A stretch of 45,021 nt of DNA, from the IMG/VR virus record IMGVR_UViG_3300028029_000003, positions 1 to 45,021 of that record; one strand, 5' to 3'. The notes beneath the pieces were generated by a model. That model did no database searches. It saw nothing but the letters and a program-made list of their open reading frames with translations, and had not been told where the DNA came from. The DNA is from a virus. Shown here in pieces: positions 15,515-25,981 of this stretch (position 1 is its first letter; each line of letters starts with the position of its first letter). The translations under genes were made by a program, and so were the position numbers.

Positions 15515-17125
15515 ATGAGTGCTGCAATAGGACTAGGTATAGCAAAAGCTGGAGCTAACATTCAGCAATACAATCGAGAACAGCCTGAACGTGAAGCTCG
15601 TAGGGCTGAAGCTAAAGCCAGGCAAGCTAAGGCAGAAGAATTTGTTGGTAATAAGGAGCTACGTAAGTCAAAGTCTGATTTAGCTTTAGAACAAGCACAA
15701 GCTGATTTGAGAATAATCCAAACAGACAACCTACGCAAAACTACGTTCTCTGCTTTTGACAACTACGAAGCGTCTGGTGAGGTTAGGCATCTTAAGAACT
15801 TTTTGACTGACGCCAAGAGTAATCCTCAAGGTGCAAGAATGTACGGTAACATGGTCACTGTTGATGCATTGACTAGAACACCTGAAGTAGAGGCTCAGCT
15901 AGCTCAGCAAGGTGTAACTGATATAGATGGCCTCTTTGACAGTCCAGAAGACCTTAACAACTTTGTATTAGCTACAGGTCCAGATGGCACTCAAACAGTA
16001 ATGAAGCTTGACAGCATCTACCAAGGTTCTGGTTATACAAAGTACGCCTCTAAAGAAGCTCTGGCTGCTATGAAGACCAGGCAGATTAGAGAGCAGCTGT
16101 CAAAGTTCGGCATTGCGTACAAAGACATGGACAACATGACTAGAGCAGCTGCCATGATTAAAGAAGAGATGAAGATACCTTTACACGAAGCTATTCGACT
16201 TCTCACTGATGCTAAAGCTTCTGGTAGAGCCAAAGGCGGTTCAACTGTAGAAAGAACAGCCATGGAAATTATGGAAGCTGAAGGTATTCCTTACCTAGAA
16301 GCTATAGACAAAGCTGTGCTTAAATTGTCTAGTGGCAACGCACAGTCAAGAGAAAGCAAGCAACAGCAAATGAACAATCCTGGTCTGTCTCACGAAGATG
16401 CAATGAGCAAAGCTAAGGGTATAACTCAAAGTAATACTTCTAAGCAGAAGAATATCGAGTCTGCGAAGATTGTCACTGAGCGATTAGATGCTAAAGCAGG
16501 CAATGGCAAGTCGTTCTATGACATGGACATGAGTGACCCTGCTAATCGAAGAGCAGTAACTAATGATATAGCAGAACTTGAAACACTACTGGGCGTTGAA
16601 TTTAGTCAAAGTGACAAGATAGCAGCTAGAAAGCACATGAAAGTCTTAGACCTTGCAGGCAAAGCTGGTGAGCTTACTGAAGAAGAGACAGGTTTGTTTG
16701 ATAACATGCTGCACGGTGTTAAGCAATATATAACAGACAATGTGGATGGTGTAGAAGCAACCACAGCCTATGAAACTATTCGTAACGCTGTAAGACATGA
16801 CTTGTTTGGTGCTACATTACCGGATGGTGAAATAAGGGCGTTCAATCGGTCATTGGGTGGCTTAGGTAAGCAACTGGGTCCTATCTTGCAGCAGCTAAAA
16901 GGTACAATGGAAACTATTAAAGGTGAGCTTGAAGCAATAGCAAGCACTAATAACGAAGCTATATCACACTACTACCTTGGTGCTAGCACAGAGAAGATTA
17001 GCGATGCTATTCACGGTATAGACCAGCGTATAGCTTCATTGCAGGTGGATAAGGTTGGTGAACTAAAGAAAGTAAAGAATAGCCCTGAGCACTTAAAAGG
17101 TATACTCTTTGGAGAACGTAAATGA
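15515..17125 (+). CDS. Putative internal virion / ejection protein.
   Basis: 536 aa with AGGAG upstream. The product is helical and charged. It is coupled (ATGA) to the portal gene. Confidence 0.5.
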   Translation: MSAAIGLGIAKAGANIQQYNREQPEREARRAEAKARQAKAEEFVGNKELRKSKSDLALEQAQADLRIIQTDNLRKTTFSAFDNYEASGEVRHLKNFLTDAKSNPQGARMYGNMVTVDALTRTPEVEAQLAQQGVTDIDGLFDSPEDLNNFVLATGPDGTQTVMKLDSIYQGSGYTKYASKEALAAMKTRQIREQLSKFGIAYKDMDNMTRAAAMIKEEMKIPLHEAIRLLTDAKASGRAKGGSTVERTAMEIMEAEGIPYLEAIDKAVLKLSSGNAQSRESKQQQMNNPGLSHEDAMSKAKGITQSNTSKQKNIESAKIVTERLDAKAGNGKSFYDMDMSDPANRRAVTNDIAELETLLGVEFSQSDKIAARKHMKVLDLAGKAGELTEEETGLFDNMLHGVKQYITDNVDGVEATTAYETIRNAVRHDLFGATLPDGEIRAFNRSLGGLGKQLGPILQQLKGTMETIKGELEAIASTNNEAISHYYLGASTEKISDAIHGIDQRIASLQVDKVGELKKVKNSPEHLKGILFGERK

Positions 17126-18942
17126 AAGCAACCATTCAAGACTTAAAAGACACGTTCAAAATAGGCTATGAAGCTTTTGAACCATCTCGTAAGGAAGCTA
17201 ATGAGCTATGGGACATGTTTCACAACAGGCAGTATACACCTGAGCAGTTGAACATTCTTGCTGCACGTGGTCAACCTGCTGAGACATTTAATGTTATCAA
17301 GTTGTTTGCTAGACTGCTGGTTGGTTATTACTCTACTGTTGTTAATACAGTTAAAGTACGTGCTGAGAATTACTCTAACATAGACACGGCTACTCTGTTG
17401 AACGACACATTAGACAGTGTGTTTGAGGACAACAGATTTGACATCGAAGGTGACCAGATTAAACTTGGTGGCATGATAAGTGGGCTGCTATGCACTTACA
17501 CAGATGTAGTTGACACTGGTGATAGAGATGAGTTCAATCGTCCAGTCAACAAAGTAACTATACACCATGTGCCGGATTCAGACTTAGTTCTGGACCCTTC
17601 AAGTCAATTAGATGATTATTCTGATGCGGAGTTCTTACATCGCTTTCGTTGGTATACTAAATCTAAAGTTAACAAAATGTTCGGTAAAACTGCTACTGAC
17701 AAGCTAGATGCTTACGTGAACTTCTTAAATGTAGATGAAGCAGACTACGAGTACAACCAAGACGCAGGTTACCAGGGCTACTTTAGGTTATTCGATAACT
17801 ACTTAGTAGTGCATTCTGTAATAGAAGATGACGAGGGCAAAAGATGGTCTTGCTTCTGGTCTGGTGAGGAGATGCTTCAGAAAACTGAGGTTACTTATAA
17901 AGACACTAAGTGGCACTACAGAGTACAGAAGCTGCATAGCTCTAACGTTACTGAGTACTACGGCATATTCAGAGAAGTCAAAGAAGCTCAGAAGGCAGTT
18001 AACCAAGCGTTGATTAGGCTACAACTAATGGTTAACTCAGAGAAAGTATTTGTAGAAGACGGGGCTGTAGACAACATAGATGACTTTACCCAAGCGGTAA
18101 ACAGAGTAAATGGTATTATAGAAGTTAACAAGCTAAGTGGTATTAAGATTGAGCAGCTATCAAGAGAAGTACTAGACCAGTATACAGTAATTGACAAAGC
18201 GTTTGACAGAGTGCAACGAATCTTAGGTATCAATGATAGTTTCTTAGGCATGGCTTTCGCTTCTGACTCAGGTCGTAAGGTTAAGCTGCAGCAGAACGCA
18301 ACAATAATGTCACTGCGATATATGACTGCCAGAATTGAGTCCTTCTATCGCTCACTAGGCTGGGACGTGGCTAATCTGATAAAGCAATACTACACAGCTA
18401 CACAAATTTTAGTGGTCTCAGATGAAGCCTCTGGAGACCGTTGGATTGAATTGAATAAGCCTATGATGGAAGCTACGCCAGAAGGTGAGCGGCCCATACT
18501 ACTTCCTATGGACGACCCAGCAACTGGTGACTTCATGACTGATGATAACGGCAATATTATATTAGCTCCAGTGGCAGAAGAACAAACAGAGTTTAGCTTT
18601 ACCAAGTTCCAGGTTAAGATAGAGTCTTCAAGCTACAATGACGAAGATGAGAAAGCTCAGCTAATGCTAGAGACTGTGATGTCTGGTAACATAGGGCAGA
18701 TGATGGGCCAGATTAATCCAGGTGGGTTCTTCCAGATGGCAGCGCTGTCTATAAAGAGTATGAAAACTAAGTACAGTCCTGATATAAGCACAATACTTGA
18801 ACAAACTGCTCAGATGCTAAGCCAGAACACTGGTGCTCAAGAGCAAGCGTCTCAGATAGCCCAAGGCAATGGTGGTGACGGCGGACAACCTATGAGCAAA
18901 GCACTTAAATTGCCACAGAACACAAATGAAGGAGCTGTATAA
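17122..18942 (+). CDS. Portal protein.
   Basis: 606 aa. The N-terminal pattern ELWDMFHNRQYTPEQLNILAARGQPAETFNVIKLFARLLVGYY...VKVRAEN is typical of portal proteins (W..Y.g.Q.....l...grp....N.i). It has an acidic and Gly-rich C-terminal tail. Confidence 0.75.
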   Translation: MKATIQDLKDTFKIGYEAFEPSRKEANELWDMFHNRQYTPEQLNILAARGQPAETFNVIKLFARLLVGYYSTVVNTVKVRAENYSNIDTATLLNDTLDSVFEDNRFDIEGDQIKLGGMISGLLCTYTDVVDTGDRDEFNRPVNKVTIHHVPDSDLVLDPSSQLDDYSDAEFLHRFRWYTKSKVNKMFGKTATDKLDAYVNFLNVDEADYEYNQDAGYQGYFRLFDNYLVVHSVIEDDEGKRWSCFWSGEEMLQKTEVTYKDTKWHYRVQKLHSSNVTEYYGIFREVKEAQKAVNQALIRLQLMVNSEKVFVEDGAVDNIDDFTQAVNRVNGIIEVNKLSGIKIEQLSREVLDQYTVIDKAFDRVQRILGINDSFLGMAFASDSGRKVKLQQNATIMSLRYMTARIESFYRSLGWDVANLIKQYYTATQILVVSDEASGDRWIELNKPMMEATPEGERPILLPMDDPATGDFMTDDNGNIILAPVAEEQTEFSFTKFQVKIESSSYNDEDEKAQLMLETVMSGNIGQMMGQINPGGFFQMAALSIKSMKTKYSPDISTILEQTAQMLSQNTGAQEQASQIAQGNGGDGGQPMSKALKLPQNTNEGAV

Positions 18943-21900
18943 TGAGCGATTTTAAGTCACTACTCAAGCTAGGCATAGACCAACTACCTGCTGGCCAGAA
19001 AGTGCCAGGTAAGTCAGTAGTAAACACCTTAAAGAGAGCAGGCGTAAACAAAGATGAGCTCAAGTTCTCGGGCTTTGAAGACACCATAGATGTTAACAAG
19101 AAGTACTCTCCAGAAGAGTTAGCTAAGATAGAAGCAGGCCGTAAGGACAAATTTGATGAAGTAGTGATTGATGAATTCAGGGGCACTAGCATTCACGACG
19201 AAGCCCACCCTACACAAAGTAACTCTTACAGAAGAGTAGTGACTACTTTCAGTGAAGGTGACAAGCGTAACAGCAGATTCACCAGCGAAGCACACTTTCC
19301 AGAAGTAAAAGACTACCAGATGCATAGGTCTATGTTTGAAACTGAGCACAAAGGTGACCAAGCTTCTGTACTACAGGAGTTGCAATCTGACTTGCATTTT
19401 CAAGGACGTAGAGATGGCTATAAAGGTACTAAAACTGCGTCAGACATAGATTCTGAAGTTGGCGTAACACTGGACGAACAAGATGTACGGCTAGAACAGA
19501 TTGTTAGAAGAGTTGACCCTGATGCTTCTTATGAGTGGAGTAACATGTTTGAAGAAGTAGCTAACATGTTAGACGACAGCCGATATTCTGAGCATCGCAC
19601 AGAACTACTTGACATAAAGAACGTAGTACACACTGCAGTGTCAAGACTAGACAACTTAGCTGGGCCTGTAACACCTGCACAGCAGGCTACCTTGCGTAAC
19701 CTGTTAGCTGAGGGTCAAGAAGCTTCAGACGAACTACTTGAGCAAGCAGGCGTAATAACTTCTAGATACGGAGTTAGCCCTGATGAACTAGACAAAGTAG
19801 AAGCTCTAAGCAGAGGCGAGGTACCTGCTGGACCTCCTAAGTCACCATTCGAGAACAACTGGCTTAAGAAGAATATGGAAGCTGGTGTAGTTGATGCCTT
19901 GAATAAAGGCAGTAGGTACTTAAAGATACCTCTAAGAGGGCAAAAAGTGAATTCCTTACAAAGAGGTAGTTCTCAGGTTGTGTATGGCGGTGGTCAAGTG
20001 TCAAGTACAGCTAAGAGGCTTGCTAAGTCCATCGACGCCAAGTTTAGCTTAGAGTCTGAATTCCAAAGAGGCGCAGATACAGTGAAAGCCGACGATATAA
20101 CCTACGTCTCTGTAAAATTGTCAGAGATTGGTGTCGGTTACGCCCATCGTGGCGGTGAACAAGTAAAGCTAACTGTAGCAGACAAACTTAAGACCTTAAG
20201 GTCTCTGTCTGCTGAGTACGGCATACCTGAAGAGTACCTAGATAGTTATGAAGCAGGCATAATTGATATGAAGCAGCTGACTGCCTTGTATAGACAACAT
20301 CAAGTTCCTGATAAAACAGACTATGCTGTAATAGAGTTCGCTGGTCAAGAAGTAGACGCAAGTGTAGTAGCTAGGTTGGGTGAAGTAAATGGCAGACTAC
20401 AAGCTGATGAAATGCACGGTGTGCCACCTAAAAATGCGTTTGAGCGGCAAGAACTAATACAAGAGGGCGTCGCGCTGTCAGAAAAAATGAAGTTCAAGCC
20501 TAAGTCTCAGACATTTAGTATGTATACTTCTCCTGTTGCTACTGCATTCGCTGCCTACACTGCTTTTGGCGCTGGCTATACTGAAGAGCAGATAGTGGAA
20601 CAGTACAAAGCTGCTGGAGAAGGCGAAGGCGATATCAAAGAGATACTCGCAGCTACTGCAAGGATAAAAGAAGCTGTTGACTCAGGCTATGGCATCGAAG
20701 AAGTTAGAGCTATGCTAATGGGTCAGGCTGTATCGTTTGCAGGACAGGAAGTACCTGATGTTGACATGGACGAAGGTAAGTCCTGGTGGACTAAAGTAGG
20801 TGACTGGTTTGATGAGCAGGATGAGAATGCTCTTTTAGTTAGAGAGAAGTCCTTTGCTGCTTTACTTGGCGTACCTTTAGAAGATGTGAGAGTCACTAGA
20901 ACAGCTCAGCAGAAGCGACGAGACGCCTACAACAAGATTGTTGGTCTTGACCCTAACTTGAGCAACAGAGACTACGCTGCTGCTCTAGAAATAGTATCAC
21001 CTGTCATGACTAGCCTAGTAATGCGGGCCTCAGCATTTGCTGGGAGCAGCGATGCTAGAGCAACTGTAGAGCACTTCCAGAAGGCTTCTGACGCCAAAAT
21101 GATAGAGATGTCAGCTAAGCTGGGTATTGAGTTAGTTAAGCAAGACACGGAAGCTTCAGATTGGGATTACTTGTTAGGGCCTGGTAAATGGCAAGCAAGA
21201 GCTAAATCTGGTGAGCTAGTTGACGTAGGACCTGGATTCTGGTCATCTATCGATGCTGAGAAATTTGAGCTTATAGGCGATGTAGGTGGGGCCTACTTAG
21301 GATTGACACTAGCAAGTAAGTACGCTAAAGGTAACCTACTAACTAAGATACTTGGTGCCGGTGTTGGCATGACTACTGGAGCTGTACTAGGCTCTCAGTT
21401 AGATTACATGGACGCAGCTGTAACACTAAACGCTGACTTAGACTCTGCGGTCGCTTTTAATAGAGGTACTACAGCTGCTGAGATGGCTATTATGGGAGAA
21501 GTATTCGGCGTAGCATTTATGAAAGGCGGTAAGAAATTATTAGGACCACTATCAGACTTCTTGAACAAAATAAAGAACGGTGATACACTAGGTGCTAAGC
21601 AATCTCTTAAAGATACCTTCTTAGTTACAGATGAAGAACTAGATGAGGTTGTAGAACAGACTGCTAGGCTACTAGAGCTTCCTGAGAACCAGAATGACAA
21701 AGCCGTCATGGCGTTTGTTAACACTCAGCCTGGCGGCGAAGAGATGATTAAGGAAATTGGTAAACTTAGTCCAATAGCTAGTAGACGAATGGCAGATAGT
21801 GTTAATGACAGGGCTAAGGATGTCAATAAAATGGCAGCCGAGCTAGCAGGTAAGGACCCGTCTATCTTAGTTAAGCAAGACCTGGATAATTACGTTGCTA

Positions 21901-23159
21901 GCGTTAAGAATCAGTATGGCTTTGTAAAACGAGCTGCTCAAGAAGCACCTGGTACAAAGCAGTACGACTTTGACATGCACAACTTAGCTATTGAGCCAGT
22001 AATAAATGTCATGAAGTCTAAAATAGCAGACCCTGTAGCACTAGAGCGATTCGTACGACGTGCAGACCTTATAAAGAATAGAGTTGACAGTAGAACGTTT
22101 GTAGACTTGCTGGACTTAAGACAATTAGTTAATGGTTTCAAGTATGGCTCAGGTATGAAAGGCGCTATTGATTACAAAGGCTTCAGGTCTCTTATAAGAA
22201 CTATTGATGCTGAGATAGAGAAAGGTGCTCAGACAGTGTTCAAAGACCCTAGAGAGTGGTTGTCGTCTTACAAGGCAGCTAACAAGTCTTATTCTACAAT
22301 GAAAGGACTAGAGAAGAACGCGTTGTTCAAGATGCTGAGTAAGACTGGTGACCAGAAAGTGCTAGTTAGAAACTTCACTAAGTACATGGCAGCAACTGAT
22401 AGCACATGGTCTGATGTGCTTAACCAATTACCAATGTCAGCACGAATCAAAGCTGAAGGTGCAACTATACAGACATTAGTACAGAAGAACACGGTAGGTG
22501 AGAATATGCAAGCCATACACTTTCCTACCTTAGCTGAGCAACTTGATAATATACAGTTCACTACACCAGATGCTAGAAAGCTAAAAGCAGCCATAGGTGA
22601 AGTAGCTAAAGTGTTTAAGAATGATGTTCCACTAAGTAAGAATTCTGGTTTTGTTACTCAGCCTACTATCAATCAAGGCTTGTCTGATAACTTAGCCACT
22701 AAAGCTAGGTACTCTCTAATGTCCAGAGTATGGTCTCAGTCTCAGCAGTTCTTTCCTGGCAAGGATGGTAGGCATGCTGCTATGATGGTGAAAGCAGCTA
22801 AGCTGCTAGAGAACCCGCTTAACGTTAAGGCAGTAAAAGACCTAATGGATGAGCTGGGCTCTGCGGCCACTATTAAAGAAGACATACTAAAGCTACAACG
22901 AGCAGCGGCCTTTGAAGCATCACAAGACCAGACTTCACCACTAGTTAAGCTGTACGGTGAAGGTCCTCTTAAGTCTGGTAAAGGTGAGGGTAATCCAGTT
23001 AAAGTTCATATGAGCAAGATAGCTACACATGAGACTATAGCAGACATCATACAGGTAGAAGCTATACATCAAGGGGACACTAAGTCCATAGAAATTGCAT
23101 TAAAACAAAGAGGCTATACTTACATGGCTTCTGGAACTGACAAGGTGAAAGCACTATGA
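18942..23159 (+). CDS. Large (1405-aa) internal virion protein, a candidate ejected or polyvalent protein.
   Basis: TAATG coupling to the portal gene. Central glycine-zipper-like hydrophobic segments (GDVGGAYLGLTLA...ILGAGVGMTTGAVLGSQL...AEMAIMGEVFGVAFM) lie at nt ~21265-21530. No polymerase or lysin motifs were recognised. Confidence 0.6.
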   Translation: MSDFKSLLKLGIDQLPAGQKVPGKSVVNTLKRAGVNKDELKFSGFEDTIDVNKKYSPEELAKIEAGRKDKFDEVVIDEFRGTSIHDEAHPTQSNSYRRVVTTFSEGDKRNSRFTSEAHFPEVKDYQMHRSMFETEHKGDQASVLQELQSDLHFQGRRDGYKGTKTASDIDSEVGVTLDEQDVRLEQIVRRVDPDASYEWSNMFEEVANMLDDSRYSEHRTELLDIKNVVHTAVSRLDNLAGPVTPAQQATLRNLLAEGQEASDELLEQAGVITSRYGVSPDELDKVEALSRGEVPAGPPKSPFENNWLKKNMEAGVVDALNKGSRYLKIPLRGQKVNSLQRGSSQVVYGGGQVSSTAKRLAKSIDAKFSLESEFQRGADTVKADDITYVSVKLSEIGVGYAHRGGEQVKLTVADKLKTLRSLSAEYGIPEEYLDSYEAGIIDMKQLTALYRQHQVPDKTDYAVIEFAGQEVDASVVARLGEVNGRLQADEMHGVPPKNAFERQELIQEGVALSEKMKFKPKSQTFSMYTSPVATAFAAYTAFGAGYTEEQIVEQYKAAGEGEGDIKEILAATARIKEAVDSGYGIEEVRAMLMGQAVSFAGQEVPDVDMDEGKSWWTKVGDWFDEQDENALLVREKSFAALLGVPLEDVRVTRTAQQKRRDAYNKIVGLDPNLSNRDYAAALEIVSPVMTSLVMRASAFAGSSDARATVEHFQKASDAKMIEMSAKLGIELVKQDTEASDWDYLLGPGKWQARAKSGELVDVGPGFWSSIDAEKFELIGDVGGAYLGLTLASKYAKGNLLTKILGAGVGMTTGAVLGSQLDYMDAAVTLNADLDSAVAFNRGTTAAEMAIMGEVFGVAFMKGGKKLLGPLSDFLNKIKNGDTLGAKQSLKDTFLVTDEELDEVVEQTARLLELPENQNDKAVMAFVNTQPGGEEMIKEIGKLSPIASRRMADSVNDRAKDVNKMAAELAGKDPSILVKQDLDNYVASVKNQYGFVKRAAQEAPGTKQYDFDMHNLAIEPVINVMKSKIADPVALERFVRRADLIKNRVDSRTFVDLLDLRQLVNGFKYGSGMKGAIDYKGFRSLIRTIDAEIEKGAQTVFKDPREWLSSYKAANKSYSTMKGLEKNALFKMLSKTGDQKVLVRNFTKYMAATDSTWSDVLNQLPMSARIKAEGATIQTLVQKNTVGENMQAIHFPTLAEQLDNIQFTTPDARKLKAAIGEVAKVFKNDVPLSKNSGFVTQPTINQGLSDNLATKARYSLMSRVWSQSQQFFPGKDGRHAAMMVKAAKLLENPLNVKAVKDLMDELGSAATIKEDILKLQRAAAFEASQDQTSPLVKLYGEGPLKSGKGEGNPVKVHMSKIATHETIADIIQVEAIHQGDTKSIEIALKQRGYTYMASGTDKVKAL

Positions 23160-25174
23160 CTGTAAGGAATATAAAGAAGCAACTGATTGGAATGCAGGAC
23201 ATCCTTCAAGGCGTAGGTAACGTAAGTCAATCCAGAAACAGTCAGGCTTATAACATCAACAGAGTTGACGTACCTTTCGCTGTTAGCACAGTCGAAGAGA
23301 TGTCAGCACTAGACATAACGCTATACACGCGAGCCAGAGTGTACTCAACAACCACACTGTTCAGAGATTACATCTTTGACTCTGCAGCTGCATCTGGTGT
23401 AGCACCTGACTCAGGTACAGGTTACTGGGTTGTACTGACTGATTCTGGCTCAAGCTCAACAAATAGGTTTAGTACCTTAGCTAACGCTATGATAGGCTTA
23501 CTTCCTACTGGCGACACTGTGACTCTTGCTATAGGTGATGTCATAACAGTTACTGCTCGAGTTGCAGGTAATCAAGGTGGCGCTGACTGGATTGCTACTG
23601 ATGCAACCACAGTCACGGCTAATGGTACAGACGTTATAGGGGTGTCTGCTACTATTTCGCTAGTGCTGTATATTGAACCTATAATGACTACCAAGCAGTT
23701 TGGTGCACAACATGACAATTCAACAGACGACTCAGCAGCTTTACTTCAGTCACTAGCTAGTTGTAAAGCTAATAAATTCATACTGCAGTTCTCAACAGGC
23801 ATGAGCTTAATATCTTCTGGGACTACTCTTGCTGTGTCAGGAAACATGCACCTGAAGTTCTTAGCTGGTTCTTATGTTAAAATGATAGTCAACGCTTTGT
23901 CTGTGTACACTATGATGGCAATAACAGGTACAAGTAACACAGTGGAAGACTTAAGATTGATAGGAGACAAGGTTGGACACACTGGGGCTGCATCTGATAC
24001 ATGTGTTGGTCTGTCTATTGATGGCAGTTGCATACTAACTAACCCAGATATTACTTCCTGTTGGGGTGACAACGTGGTTATACCTTTCTCAGGAAGAGTC
24101 AACATCTCAAACTTACGCTCTTACTACTGTGGTGGAGACGCCCTTGTTATAGGAGATGTAGAAGACTTCCTTAGTCTGTCTGGCACAACTAGCTTAGAAC
24201 TGTCCGATAAACATGGACTAGCAATAGAGCCTACTGCCTCGATAGAAGGACTAAACAACTTAAGTATCAACAGTCTTGTTACTAGAGAATGTGGAGAAAG
24301 TGGAGTTAATCTGGACTTATCTGCTTGGCCAAATACTGGATTTTCAACTACTGCAATGATAGCTATCGGTTCTCACAAAGACTATGGTTCTAAGACTTCA
24401 TTTAACATTGCGCCTATGCTGTTAGGTCTTACTGAGACCACCGCAGGAGTTGTTAATGTTGTAACTGCTGTATATGAACAGTCAGGACATCAAGGATTGT
24501 ACCTAGACAACTACTCTTCTCACAACTCTCCTGCTATTAGATTTGGTTCTCTTAATGTTATCAACGCTAACAGTTTTAATTCAACTAATGAACTTGAACA
24601 AACTGCTATAGGCATGGCACAGAGCACTGCAGCAAATACAGTTGGTAATCTTACAGTAGACCATTTAAGAGTAGAAGATAACAGAGGAACTCAGAGGTGC
24701 AGGACAGCTTTTTACGCTGATGATGGCACATTCCCTCAAGTAGGGTTCAAGAATGTAGACGTAACTCTAGACTATTACTCTCTTACTGACACAACACCAG
24801 TAGAGATAGACACAGACATTGAAGGTATAACTATTAGAGATGTTAACAAACTGCTAGATGGCTCAGCCTTCTCTTCTATAGGCAGTTCTGAGTCAGTAGT
24901 ATCTGTTGTTAAAAGTGGAGCTTCTGCACTAACCATAAGCACAGCATTTGGTAACAACTTTAATGGCAACATGGATATTGAGTTTTCAGTAGACGATGAC
25001 GCTGGTTCTATTAGGTTAACACCAGGAGTAGCAGAAACGTACTTACCTTTATCTTCTGTAGCAGGTAAGTATATCGAATCAACAGAAGAGGGTGCATACT
25101 TAAAGCTAAGAAGAACAGATTTAACGACTTGGACTATAGTAGCACAAATTGGAACTTGGACAGTGGAGCCGTAA
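23156..25174 (+). CDS. Tailspike with a right-handed beta-helix (pectate-lyase-like) domain, a probable polysaccharide depolymerase.
   Basis: 672 aa. KQFGAQHDNSTDDSAALLQSLAS matches the fGA.gDG.tDDt.A.q motif that opens pectate-lyase-3-type spikes. The N-terminal ~63 aa are shared with the 9047 product. Confidence 0.75.
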   Translation: MTVRNIKKQLIGMQDILQGVGNVSQSRNSQAYNINRVDVPFAVSTVEEMSALDITLYTRARVYSTTTLFRDYIFDSAAASGVAPDSGTGYWVVLTDSGSSSTNRFSTLANAMIGLLPTGDTVTLAIGDVITVTARVAGNQGGADWIATDATTVTANGTDVIGVSATISLVLYIEPIMTTKQFGAQHDNSTDDSAALLQSLASCKANKFILQFSTGMSLISSGTTLAVSGNMHLKFLAGSYVKMIVNALSVYTMMAITGTSNTVEDLRLIGDKVGHTGAASDTCVGLSIDGSCILTNPDITSCWGDNVVIPFSGRVNISNLRSYYCGGDALVIGDVEDFLSLSGTTSLELSDKHGLAIEPTASIEGLNNLSINSLVTRECGESGVNLDLSAWPNTGFSTTAMIAIGSHKDYGSKTSFNIAPMLLGLTETTAGVVNVVTAVYEQSGHQGLYLDNYSSHNSPAIRFGSLNVINANSFNSTNELEQTAIGMAQSTAANTVGNLTVDHLRVEDNRGTQRCRTAFYADDGTFPQVGFKNVDVTLDYYSLTDTTPVEIDTDIEGITIRDVNKLLDGSAFSSIGSSESVVSVVKSGASALTISTAFGNNFNGNMDIEFSVDDDAGSIRLTPGVAETYLPLSSVAGKYIESTEEGAYLKLRRTDLTTWTIVAQIGTWTVEP

Positions 25175-25175
25175 T

Positions 25176-25700
25176 ATGAAATGGTCAGAATTAGGAAAAT
25201 CAATAGCAGACTTTGCACCTGCTTTAGGCAGTGTACTCGGAGGTCCTCTTGGCGGAGGGCTAGGTGGTATTATAGCTAATGTGTTTGGCACGGAAGAAGA
25301 GCCTGGTGCGATACTGGCAGCTATAAAAGCTGACCCAGCAGCTGCAGTTAAGCTTCAGCAGATTCAATCAGATGAGCGAGTTAAGATACAAGAAGCTCAA
25401 GCTATACAGACTGCTTCGATGCTAGAAACTATTAACAAGACTATGAGAGAAGAGTCTAAATCAGAACACTGGATGCAGTGGGCTTGGAGACCTTTATGGG
25501 GTATCATAAGTGCAACGGCATTCTTTATAGTGTGTGGGCTAGTGTGCTATTTAGCTTATCTAGCTGTTATTGGTGGCAAACCAGAAGCCATGACAATGAT
25601 ACCAGGACTTATAACGTCCATGACTACATTGTTTGCGATTCCAGGTGCCATACTAGGTGTTGCTTCGTGGCACCGTGGAAAACAAAAGAGAGGTGTATAA
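25176..25700 (+). CDS. Holin (3-TM, GTA-release-type family).
   Basis: Start re-set to ATG 25176, with GGAG 7 nt upstream. ADPAAAVKLQQIQ...ESKSEHWMQWAWRPLWG is followed by hydrophobic helices, matching the DP...E..s..f..WRP..G signature I recall for the 3-TM GTA holin family. It is the last large gene of the late block. Confidence 0.7.
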   Translation: MKWSELGKSIADFAPALGSVLGGPLGGGLGGIIANVFGTEEEPGAILAAIKADPAAAVKLQQIQSDERVKIQEAQAIQTASMLETINKTMREESKSEHWMQWAWRPLWGIISATAFFIVCGLVCYLAYLAVIGGKPEAMTMIPGLITSMTTLFAIPGAILGVASWHRGKQKRGV

Positions 25701-25783
25701 TGGGTGGTCACAGACATCAGGCTAACAAAAAAGTGAAACACTTGAAAAAGAAGAAGCGGTCATCAACTGAATCTTCTTCTTAA
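25700..25783 (+). CDS. Possible 27-aa basic peptide coupled to the holin gene.
   Basis: The sequence is MGGHRHQANKKVKHLKKKKRSSTESSS*. There is a TAATG overlap with the holin stop, and GAGAGG lies 7 nt upstream. It is very short and its function is unknown. Confidence 0.3.
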   Translation: MGGHRHQANKKVKHLKKKKRSSTESSS

Positions 25784-25981
25784 GTAGCTCAGTCTCTGGG
25801 AGCGTTTTGCTCCTAGAACCTCTTTAGAGCACATACCATCTGTGTATGTAGAATAACCATACAACTGACACTCTTTGGTCCTTCTTTGGTTAGCTTGACC
25901 TTTGTAATACAAATCAATGATAGGCACAACAAGCAATGTAACTATCACAGTGTAAAAAGCAACTTCCAGCAGCCTAGACAC
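25763..25981 (-). CDS. Small membrane protein (72 aa), last gene of the minus block and a lysis-accessory candidate.
   Basis: GTG 25981 lies 6 nt after GAGG and overlaps the upstream stop. It has an N-terminal TM segment VAFYTVIVTLLVVPII, then KECQLYGYSTYTDGMC. The track start at 26011 overlaps the upstream gene by 38 nt. Confidence 0.4.
   Translation of the reverse strand: MSRLLEVAFYTVIVTLLVVPIIDLYYKGQANQRRTKECQLYGYSTYTDGMCSKEVLGAKRSQRLSYLRRRFS

Noticed and set aside
18942-23159. Possibility that the 1405-aa protein is an N4-like virion RNA polymerase.
   Set aside because: I found no T/DxxGR, motif A/B/C or DxDGD-type catalytic signatures by eye. The central glycine-zipper segments fit an ejection protein better. 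I leave it as unassigned rather than as a polymerase.
25796-25816. 8-bp hairpin (CTGGGAGC-GTTTT-GCTCCTAG) at the convergence of the two blocks, as a bidirectional terminator.
   Set aside because: No U-run follows on either strand, and it lies inside the 3' end of the 25763..25981 ORF. It may still slow convergent transcription, but I cannot support a terminator call.
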